12,209 nucleotides of DNA from Calditrichaceae bacterium (lineage in GTDB: Bacteria > Calditrichota > Calditrichia > Calditrichales > JBFXGD01): the NCBI GenBank assembly GCA_050178385.1, contig JBFXGD010000104.1, positions 1-12,209 on the forward strand, written 5' to 3'. Of this stretch, positions 1-7,044 are shown piece after piece (the stretch's first letter is position 1; the number at the start of each line of letters is the position of its first letter). The translations under genes and the position numbers were made by a program. The notes beneath the pieces were generated by a model. It was not told the origin of the DNA. It made no database searches and was given only the letters and a program-made list of their open reading frames with translations.

Positions 1-1
1 C

Positions 2-960
2 TGGAACGGCGCCGAGACGATCACGTTTACGGCCACCGACCCGGATAATTTGTTTGACAGTGACGCGGGGACCATTACGGTCACGGCGGTCAACGACGCT
101 CCGGTAGTGACGGATATTCCGGATCAGAGTATTGCTGAAGGCGCCAGTTTCGCGACCATCAGTCTTGATGATTATGTAAGCGATGTGGATAATGCCGATA
201 ACGAGATGATATGGAGTGTCATGGATACGGTTGATTTGGTTGTGTCCATTAGTCCTGAAAGAGTCGCGAGTATTATTGTACCCGATGAAAACTGGTTTGG
301 AAGCGAGTCAATAAAATTCATAGCGAGTGACCCGGATGGCGCGAGCGATACGACGACCGTAACTTTTATGGTTGACGCGGTGAATGATTCGCCTGTTCTC
401 AGCGCTTTACTTCCTGATTTCAGTTTTAATGAAGATGATTCACTGACTATAGCGATTTCAACCTGGTTCGATTTGGTTGCGGATCCGGATAATGCCGATT
501 CAGTTCTCACCTATTCTGTTTTATCGGGAAAGTTTTTAACTGTAAAAACAGACTCACTGCTCTTCGTATTTAAAGCTCCTGCAGACTGGTTCGGCTCTGA
601 TACGCTGATGCTGAAAATAAGTGACGGTGAACTTGCGGATTCAGCTAAATTCGCAATCAAAGTGAATCCGTTGAATGACGCCCCATATTTTACAAATCTG
701 CCGGATACGGTGGAATTTATTAATAACGGTTCCGAAGAACTGAACATGAAAGACTTTTACGGAGATATTGATTCACCGGAATCGGGGATGACATGGCAGT
801 TCAGTGTCTCAGATGATACATTAAAACTGGATTTTGATTCTGATATGATGATCCTTACTCTCAGCGCGCCGGCTTATATTGGAACGGTAACATTGTACTT
901 TACATTAACAGATGACAGTTCCGCCAGTGTGAGTGATTCCTTAGTGGTTAAAGTGACTGC
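2..960 (+). repeat. Protein-level tandem cadherin-like/Ig repeats with a 97-aa period
   Basis: The Asn codons of the ND(A/S)P linkers start at 92, 383 and 674, exactly 291 nt apart. A last, more diverged unit ends at VVKVT (about 958). The units are diverged at the nucleotide level. Confidence 0.8.
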
Positions 961-1264
961 GGATCCTACCGGAATTGAGGATATTATCTCAGAGCTTCCG
1001 ACTAAATTTGTCATTGGACAGAACTACCCGAATCCGTTCAATCCAAACACTCATATTCGGTTCGGTTTGCCCTATGCGGGAGAAGTCAGGATAGAAGTAT
1101 ACAATATTCTCGGGCAAAAGGTGGCCACTATTTTTGATGGCTATAAACCGGCTGGTTACCATGTGGTAGATTTCCATGCTAATCAGTTATCAAGCGGGAT
1201 ATATTTTTACAGAATAGAATCCGGTAAGTTTAACGCGGTTAAGAAAATGGTTATTATGAAGTAG
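2..1264 (+). CDS. Secreted cadherin-like/bacterial Ig (tandem-95/Big_9-type) repeat protein with C-terminal T9SS type A-like sorting domain; 5'-partial
   Basis: The frame is open from base 2 (WNGAETITFTATDPDNLFDS...), so the TTG at 50 is not the true start. Repeats end in AVNDAP, AVNDSP and PLNDAP, and carry W(N/F)G and D-rich motifs. The C-terminus FVIGQNYPNPFNPNTHIRFGLP...EVYNILGQKV...LSSGIYFYRI...KKMVIMK (about 1007-1261) is a typical secretion C-terminal domain. Stop TAG at 1262-1264. Confidence 0.9.
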   Translation, partial: WNGAETITFTATDPDNLFDSDAGTITVTAVNDAPVVTDIPDQSIAEGASFATISLDDYVSDVDNADNEMIWSVMDTVDLVVSISPERVASIIVPDENWFGSESIKFIASDPDGASDTTTVTFMVDAVNDSPVLSALLPDFSFNEDDSLTIAISTWFDLVADPDNADSVLTYSVLSGKFLTVKTDSLLFVFKAPADWFGSDTLMLKISDGELADSAKFAIKVNPLNDAPYFTNLPDTVEFINNGSEELNMKDFYGDIDSPESGMTWQFSVSDDTLKLDFDSDMMILTLSAPAYIGTVTLYFTLTDDSSASVSDSLVVKVTADPTGIEDIISELPTKFVIGQNYPNPFNPNTHIRFGLPYAGEVRIEVYNILGQKVATIFDGYKPAGYHVVDFHANQLSSGIYFYRIESGKFNAVKKMVIMK

Positions 1265-1280
1265 ACTAATAATAATTCTC

Positions 1281-1324
1281 CGGGAGTCTGCCCGCAAGTT
1301 GACGCGGACTCCCGTTTTTTATTT
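1281..1324 (+). terminator. Rho-independent terminator
   Basis: CGGGAGTCTGC (1281-1291) pairs with GCGGACTCCCG (1304-1314): 11 bp with one U-G pair and a 12-nt loop. It is followed directly by TTTTTTATTT and starts 17 nt after the stop codon. Confidence 0.88.
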
Positions 1325-1422
1325 CGAATAATCGAATAATTTCTTATTAAAGAACTCCTTTTAAGAAGCACTGAATAATATTTGCAATTAATGATAAATG
1401 AAGCGGCGCGGATAATCAAAAA

Positions 1423-2967
1423 GTGATCCACCAAAAACCATATCTTATTCCTGTATTACTGTTTTTATTCTCATCAATTATATTCTGGGTTACTCAAAGC
1501 CCGATACCCACCAATGGAGACACATATCTTTATGCGCTTGGTGTGGTCCAGCTAAAAGGCCCATTGTTCCATATTGGATATTATTTTATAGGAAATATAT
1601 TTAATTCGGCATTAAGCGTGATTTATACAGACCCGGTGAAAAATCTCGGGCTGATGTCTCTGTTTTCAGGAAGTTTGTCCGTGGTATGGAGCTATCTTTT
1701 TACTAAAAAGCTGACCGGAAATATCCGAATCAGTCTCATTGTAGCGCTGACACTGTTATTCTCCGGGGGGCTCTGGTACTATTCAGCCCATGGTGAAGTA
1801 TATGTACCTCAGTTAAGTATGGTGTTTATATCAATATTAATGGCTGTTTATAATCGTCCGTTATTGAGCAGCCTGGCATTTCTTGTTGCTGTGAGTATAA
1901 CGCCGACATCCGGCCTGATTTTTCCTGCATTAATATATCTAATCATTATAAATGGTAAATCACGCCGGGAGATTTTTTATTTTTTACTGCCCGTAATAAT
2001 AATTTTCCTGTTTTTACTCATTATTAAATGGCCAAAAATTATTCAGATGGTGGATGATGCCGTTTTCTCCCCGGATGTATTTTTTACAAATTTTTCTTAT
2101 TCCGCTTTATTCAGAGAAATATTTTTAAATTTGTCTAAAGTGTACATAAAATCATTTAATTTTTTAATTTTATTTACAATTCCCGGGGCTTTTTATCTTT
2201 ATAGGAACAATAAAAGAATTCTGTTTTTGGTGATCTGCATTTTACTACCTTTTTCACTATATATTTTTAATCTGGGTTTACTTACTGAAGATCATCTCAT
2301 TATTACATTTATTCCGGTTAGTTTGATAATCGCGTTCGGCGTAATCAGTACACTTGACATTATTAAGCTGGGAGATATATCGCGAAGAATACTGATATTA
2401 CTTCTGTTATGCGCTCATGGATTTTTATCATACCAGATTTATATCGGTCCCGAATTGAGAAATTCGGCTGAATTAGAAAAAGTGATGACAAATTTCAGCA
2501 GGGACTATGAAAATGATGGGATTATGATTTCAGAATATAATTTTGGAATGGCCTTTTGGTATTATACCCAAAAAGAAAACGATTACTTTCTGCGGACCGG
2601 CCGGCCAAATTTGTTTTTAGATCCTGGTGATGAGTTATATGAAAAAAAAATAGAACAATTAAAAAACAAATTCTGGATTAATCTTTCGGGAAATCTGGTT
2701 GATTTTTTCACAGTTAAATTAAAAGATAAATCTATTTTTGAGAACCGGCCTGTTTATTTCGTGGACCGGTCCGATTGGCCCTCTGCAATTGTTAAAAATA
2801 TTTTGCCTGAGCGACAACTAAGAGAAAGAGAAAATAAGATAAGAAAAATTGATCGCTTTTCTGATTATCTGGCAAGTGTATTAAACAGCAGAACCAGCTA
2901 CCTTCAGATTTATGATTCACCTTTGCATCCGATATATCAAATCCGGCTGTTGGATCCAATAAAATGA
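1423..2967 (+). CDS. Polytopic membrane GT-C-fold glycosyltransferase, DUF2723/TMEM260-like (ArnT/PMT_2 superfamily)
   Basis: 514 aa, GTG start. About 10-11 hydrophobic segments lie in the first ~340 aa, followed by a soluble C-terminal domain. The first loop has an acidic GD motif (PTNGDTYLY, about 1516). WYYSAHGEVY (1774-1803) resembles the W..A...EVY motif of DUF2723-type proteins. Confidence 0.68.
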   Translation: MIHQKPYLIPVLLFLFSSIIFWVTQSPIPTNGDTYLYALGVVQLKGPLFHIGYYFIGNIFNSALSVIYTDPVKNLGLMSLFSGSLSVVWSYLFTKKLTGNIRISLIVALTLLFSGGLWYYSAHGEVYVPQLSMVFISILMAVYNRPLLSSLAFLVAVSITPTSGLIFPALIYLIIINGKSRREIFYFLLPVIIIFLFLLIIKWPKIIQMVDDAVFSPDVFFTNFSYSALFREIFLNLSKVYIKSFNFLILFTIPGAFYLYRNNKRILFLVICILLPFSLYIFNLGLLTEDHLIITFIPVSLIIAFGVISTLDIIKLGDISRRILILLLLCAHGFLSYQIYIGPELRNSAELEKVMTNFSRDYENDGIMISEYNFGMAFWYYTQKENDYFLRTGRPNLFLDPGDELYEKKIEQLKNKFWINLSGNLVDFFTVKLKDKSIFENRPVYFVDRSDWPSAIVKNILPERQLRERENKIRKIDRFSDYLASVLNSRTSYLQIYDSPLHPIYQIRLLDPIK

Positions 2968-3020
2968 AAAGATATTTATTTTTAAGCAAAATGAAAATGT
3001 ATCCGGATAAATTTAACCAA

Positions 3021-3026
3021 AAGGAG
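3021..3026 (+). promoter_or_regulatory. Shine-Dalgarno site of the nadE-like gene
   Basis: AAGGAG with a 5-nt spacer to ATG 3032. Confidence 0.75.
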
Positions 3027-3031
3027 TTCAT

Positions 3032-3988
3032 ATGAATTTTACCCGCGAATCTATTTATATAGATGCAGAAAAAGAAGCAGGTATTATTATTGAAAAACTC
3101 AAAACCGATGTTTTTCATAAACTAAAAAGACGTGGCGCGGTAATTGGAATAAGCGGAGGAATTGATTCTTCAGTTGTGATGGCATTATGCGCGCGCGCTT
3201 TTGGACCGGAAAAGGTGCTGGGCGTGATGATGCCCGAAAATGATTCAAATCCTGACAGCCTGGAACTGGCGAAAAAACTGGCTGATAAATTTAATGTAAA
3301 ATATGAAATTGAGAATATGACGGATGCTCTCTCCGGTTTTGGTTGTTACAGGCGACGGGATGAAGCCATCAAACGCGTTTTTCCGGAATTTAATCAGAAA
3401 TATAAAGCAAAAATTACCTTGTCCACCGATATTTTGAATAAAGACACTCTCAATCTTTTTCATTTAAAAATTATTGCGCCGGATGGTACGGAAAAAACAA
3501 CCCGTCTGCCTATCAGGGAATATTTACAAATTGTCGCCGCGTCAAATTTTAAGCAGAGAAGCCGGATGAGCATGTTATATTATCACGCGGAGGCAAAAAA
3601 TTGGGCGGTTATGGGTACAGGAAACAAAAATGAGCACGAACAGGGTTTTTTTGTAAAGTATGGTGATGGAGGTGCCGATAGTAAACCTATAGCGCATTTA
3701 TTTAAAACACAGGTTTTCCAATTAGCTGAATATCTTGAAGTTCCAATTGAAATTCAAAACAGAACGCCGACGACTGATACATACAGCGCCGAACAAACAC
3801 AGGAAGAATTTTTCTTTAGGTTGCCTTTTGACATACTTGACAGAATTTGGCATGGCTGGGAACAAAATGTCCCGGTCGCGCAGATCGCGGCCGCGCTTGA
3901 TTTAAAACCGGATCAGGTGCAGAATGTTATAAATGATATCAAACGTAAAATATCAGCGACTGAATATCTTAGAATGGAACCATTGTAA
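3032..3988 (+). CDS. nadE: NH3-dependent NAD(+) synthetase family protein (NadE; atypical, cluster-associated paralog type)
   Basis: PP-loop GISGGIDSSV, VLGVMMP, GTGNKNE..QGFFVKYGDGGAD, PIAHLFKTQVFQLAEYL and RTPTTD. There is no N-terminal glutaminase domain. NFKQRSRM replaces the canonical N.(K/Q)AR.RM. Confidence 0.88.
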   Translation: MNFTRESIYIDAEKEAGIIIEKLKTDVFHKLKRRGAVIGISGGIDSSVVMALCARAFGPEKVLGVMMPENDSNPDSLELAKKLADKFNVKYEIENMTDALSGFGCYRRRDEAIKRVFPEFNQKYKAKITLSTDILNKDTLNLFHLKIIAPDGTEKTTRLPIREYLQIVAASNFKQRSRMSMLYYHAEAKNWAVMGTGNKNEHEQGFFVKYGDGGADSKPIAHLFKTQVFQLAEYLEVPIEIQNRTPTTDTYSAEQTQEEFFFRLPFDILDRIWHGWEQNVPVAQIAAALDLKPDQVQNVINDIKRKISATEYLRMEPL

Positions 3989-4089
3989 AAAAATCTTTTT
4001 TACGAAAATTCATCTTTCAGACAATCTCTCATACGCAGGTAAAGAATGAGTAAGAATTGTGCGCGAGACGAATAGAAAGTAGCTACTGC

Positions 4090-5061
4090 ATGAGGCAAAC
4101 TGTACTATTAACAGGAGCCAGTGGATTCATTGGTTTCCATACCGCGGCGAATTTGCTGGATAGAGGATATAATGTCGTAGCGCCGGTCAGAAAAAACGCT
4201 TTTCAATCCTGCAGAGTAGTGCAACTGATCTCAAAAGGCATGCAGTTTGTAGAAGGTGAGTTCCATGATAAGCAGCTGCTGGATACGTTATTCAGCTATA
4301 ATATCGATTCGGTAATTCATCTGGCGTCTATAAGAGGCCAGACAAAAACAGATCCACGGGAGTATCATCGAATTAACGTTGTAGGTACACAAAACCTTAT
4401 CGCTAAATCAATCGAACATAAGGTCAAAAAATTTGTATACTGCAGTTCGGTAGGAGTTTACGGAACGATTCCGGCATCATTGCCCGCTAAGACAGATAGT
4501 GACTATCATGGAGATAATTATTACCATTTAAGCAAGGTAGAAGCGGAGAAGAGGGTTCTTCAGGCAAAAGAATACGGATTGAATACCACTATCATTCAAC
4601 CCACAGTGACATACGGGTTATATGATGATGGGTTTATACCTAAATTAGCTCATATGGTTAAACATCATCACTTAGTTATTCCGAACCGGCCGGTTCTGAT
4701 CCATCTGATCTGGGTGGAAAAATTAGCAGAGCTGTTCAGACGGGCGATTGAAAAAAATTTGCCTAAAGAAAAATACATCGTTGCGGATAAGCGAGCCGTA
4801 AATTTGTTAAACCTGGTCAATATTTTTCATCGGTCTGCAAAAAAATCGGTATATCCTTCATGGTTAATGGCTCCTGAAAAATTTTTCCGTTTAGGAGAAA
4901 AAGGACTCCAGACTCTGAGAATGTCCGGGATGTTGGTCAGTCTTCAGCTTATAAGCAGAAATTGGTATTATCAGATTGATGATACTATACGCGATTTTAA
5001 TTATAAACCGGTGGATACACTGGAAAAAATAGAATCTTTAATCACGAACGGGGATATCTAA
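4090..5061 (+). CDS. NAD-dependent epimerase/dehydratase (extended SDR; 3-beta-HSD/HpnA-like)
   Basis: TGASGFIG Rossmann motif, VIHLAS, INVVGTQNL, catalytic Ser region YCSSVGVYG and YxxxK (YHLSK). ATG 4090 is preferred over TTG 4057 because it puts the GxxGxxG motif at its usual N-terminal position. Confidence 0.88.
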   Translation: MRQTVLLTGASGFIGFHTAANLLDRGYNVVAPVRKNAFQSCRVVQLISKGMQFVEGEFHDKQLLDTLFSYNIDSVIHLASIRGQTKTDPREYHRINVVGTQNLIAKSIEHKVKKFVYCSSVGVYGTIPASLPAKTDSDYHGDNYYHLSKVEAEKRVLQAKEYGLNTTIIQPTVTYGLYDDGFIPKLAHMVKHHHLVIPNRPVLIHLIWVEKLAELFRRAIEKNLPKEKYIVADKRAVNLLNLVNIFHRSAKKSVYPSWLMAPEKFFRLGEKGLQTLRMSGMLVSLQLISRNWYYQIDDTIRDFNYKPVDTLEKIESLITNGDI

Positions 5062-5949
5062 TTGCAATCCACAAACAGCATCGGGCAGGATATTGATGCC
5101 TGGTTAGTGAAAAGACTGCCGATCGTCGGGAATTGGGAAAGTTATTTTTCTGATCATGATGAGGGATTGGGAACAACCTACGAACGGTTTATTCTTCACA
5201 ATTATTTTACAACAATTAAAAACCAGTTTGACATAAAATCTATTATTGAAGTACCCTCTTTTGGAATGACCGGTGTTTCCGGGATAAACAGTTTATGGTG
5301 GGCAAAACAGGGGATTAAAACAACTGTGGTAGATGTAAACGCGGATCGTTTAAATCATATAAAAAAAGTATGGAGTGATATTCCGCTGAAAGCGGATTTC
5401 ATGCTGACTGAAAAGTTGAATGCCCTGCCATTTTCTGATAAATCAATCGACTGCTCATGGAATTTCGCTTCTTTGTGGTTTGTTGATGATTTGGATAAAT
5501 TCTTAACTGAATTGTCAAGAATTACGAAAAAAGTAATTTTTATATCCGTGCCAAATAGAAACGGTCTGGGATTTCTGCTTAGGTTTGGTTTTCGCTTAAA
5601 AAATAAAGATAATTTTTTTCTGAACCATATTCTGCCTTCAAAAATCATTAAAATTCTGAAATTAAAAAATTGGAAACTCCTGGATGAAGGATATTTTGAT
5701 ATTCCGCCTTGGCCTGATATTCCGATGAAAAAGGAAGATTTGTTCAGGAAATTAGGATTGGGCTTTATTTTTAAAGATAAAAAATCAAAAAATGAGAACC
5801 CGGAAGAGATGTGTATTCTCAATTATTTTAACGGAACTCAGCCGGAAATGGAAAAGAAAATATTAAAATATTCAATTCTGGAAAGAAGCCCCTTCCCGGT
5901 AAAAAACTTATGGGGACACCACCGGTATTTTATATTTGTACCGGAATAA
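5062..5949 (+). CDS. Class I SAM-dependent methyltransferase domain protein (atypical motif I)
   Basis: Motif I-like IIEVPSFGMTGVSG, acidic post-beta2 VVDVN, LPFSDKSIDCSWNFASLWF (Methyltransf_11-like), ELSRITKKVIFISVPN. The TTG start directly follows the SDR TAA, with GGGGA at 5050-5054. Confidence 0.78.
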   Translation: MQSTNSIGQDIDAWLVKRLPIVGNWESYFSDHDEGLGTTYERFILHNYFTTIKNQFDIKSIIEVPSFGMTGVSGINSLWWAKQGIKTTVVDVNADRLNHIKKVWSDIPLKADFMLTEKLNALPFSDKSIDCSWNFASLWFVDDLDKFLTELSRITKKVIFISVPNRNGLGFLLRFGFRLKNKDNFFLNHILPSKIIKILKLKNWKLLDEGYFDIPPWPDIPMKKEDLFRKLGLGFIFKDKKSKNENPEEMCILNYFNGTQPEMEKKILKYSILERSPFPVKNLWGHHRYFIFVPE

Positions 5950-6095
5950 TATGATTTTTACTATACTTGACGTTTTCCTTATCTAATCTAAATGAACATG
6001 GCGATGTTGCGTCACAATACAAATAATTATCCTGGATAATCAGCCGTATTATAAATAATCGAAGATCAATTTATTTATCAATATAAAAGGGTACG

Positions 6096-7004
6096 ATGAA
6101 TATTGAAGTATCTGTCGTCATCCCGTCTTACAATTCTGCCGGCACAATAACCGCCTGTCTTAACAGTCTGATGAGACAGGATTATGATAAATCATTCGAA
6201 ATCACGGTTGTAGATAGTTCAACAGATAATACAGCACAAATTATTACTGCCGGTTTCCCCGAAGTCAAGGTGATTCGCTGTAAGAGAAAAACGGATCCGG
6301 GAACCGCCCGTAATATGGGGGTCAATGTATCGCATGGGAAATATATAATGTTTCTGGATTCTGATTGTATTGCCGGAAATGATTGGGTCAGTAGAATCAT
6401 CCGGGTATATGAATCTCCTGATTATGATGCCGTAGGGGGTAGTATTTATCCGGCAAATCCGGAAACTGATGTGGTTGGCTGGGCGGGATATATTGCGGAG
6501 TTCAGGGAATTTATACCCGGGCATCCTGCCGCGATACGTGATCACCTGCCGACATGCAACCTTAGTTACCGCAGGGATAAATTTCTGGAAGTTGGCAATT
6601 TTAATGCGGCTTATTACCCGCAGGAAGATTTGTTTTTCAATCATCATTTCACAAAAAACGGGTTTAAAATATTTTTTGATCCGGAGATAAAGGTATTTCA
6701 TTTTCACAGAAATAAATTGGCTTATTTTTTAAAACATCAGAAAAATATCGGGTATATCACTTCCAGTTTACTAAAAAAAATCGACCTTGAAGGATCGAGG
6801 TTGGTAAGGCATAAGTTTTTAGCCCTTATAAATCTGCCATTGCTGCCGTTTATAAAATTTTACAGGACATTAGCCGTATTCGCAAAAGTTAATCCGGCAA
6901 TAATAAAGGCACATATTCTCTCGTTTCTGGTGTTTGCCCTGGGACTTGTTCCATGGACACTGGGATTTGCAAAAGGCTTGTTAGCCCCAAAATTTGATGA
7001 CTAG
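6096..7004 (+). CDS. Family 2 glycosyltransferase with C-terminal membrane-associated segments
   Basis: VSVVIPSYN, VVDSSTD, ARNMG, DxD motif FLDSDC, CNLSYRR, QED catalytic region and a hydrophobic C-terminus. Confidence 0.92.
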   Translation: MNIEVSVVIPSYNSAGTITACLNSLMRQDYDKSFEITVVDSSTDNTAQIITAGFPEVKVIRCKRKTDPGTARNMGVNVSHGKYIMFLDSDCIAGNDWVSRIIRVYESPDYDAVGGSIYPANPETDVVGWAGYIAEFREFIPGHPAAIRDHLPTCNLSYRRDKFLEVGNFNAAYYPQEDLFFNHHFTKNGFKIFFDPEIKVFHFHRNKLAYFLKHQKNIGYITSSLLKKIDLEGSRLVRHKFLALINLPLLPFIKFYRTLAVFAKVNPAIIKAHILSFLVFALGLVPWTLGFAKGLLAPKFDD

Positions 7005-7030
7005 TACATCAATTTTAATCACTTATTTGC

Positions 7031-7036
7031 AAGGAG
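7031..7036 (+). promoter_or_regulatory. Shine-Dalgarno site supporting the TTG start at 7045
   Basis: AAGGAG with an 8-nt spacer to TTG 7045. Confidence 0.7.
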
Positions 7037-7044
7037 TATAAACT

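Noticed and set aside
50..52. TTG at 50 as the start of the first gene
   Set aside because: The frame is open to the window edge and continues the repeat consensus (WNGAETITFTATDPD). No signal peptide follows position 50.
1423..2967. Low GC of the GT-C gene as evidence of recent horizontal transfer
   Set aside because: The Phe/Ile/Leu/Lys/Asn-rich composition explains much of it. The gene shares the CCGG bias of its neighbours, and no mobility genes or att-like repeats flank it.
4057..4089. N-terminal extension MCARRIESSYC of the SDR
   Set aside because: It needs a TTG start and adds residues ahead of the typical M...VLLTGASGFIG beginning. ATG 4090 is more plausible, though its SD site is not obvious.
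5967..5995. Sigma70 promoter from TTGACG at 5967
   Set aside because: The best -10 at 16-18 nt spacing is TAAATG, which lacks the conserved final T, so it is too weak to call.
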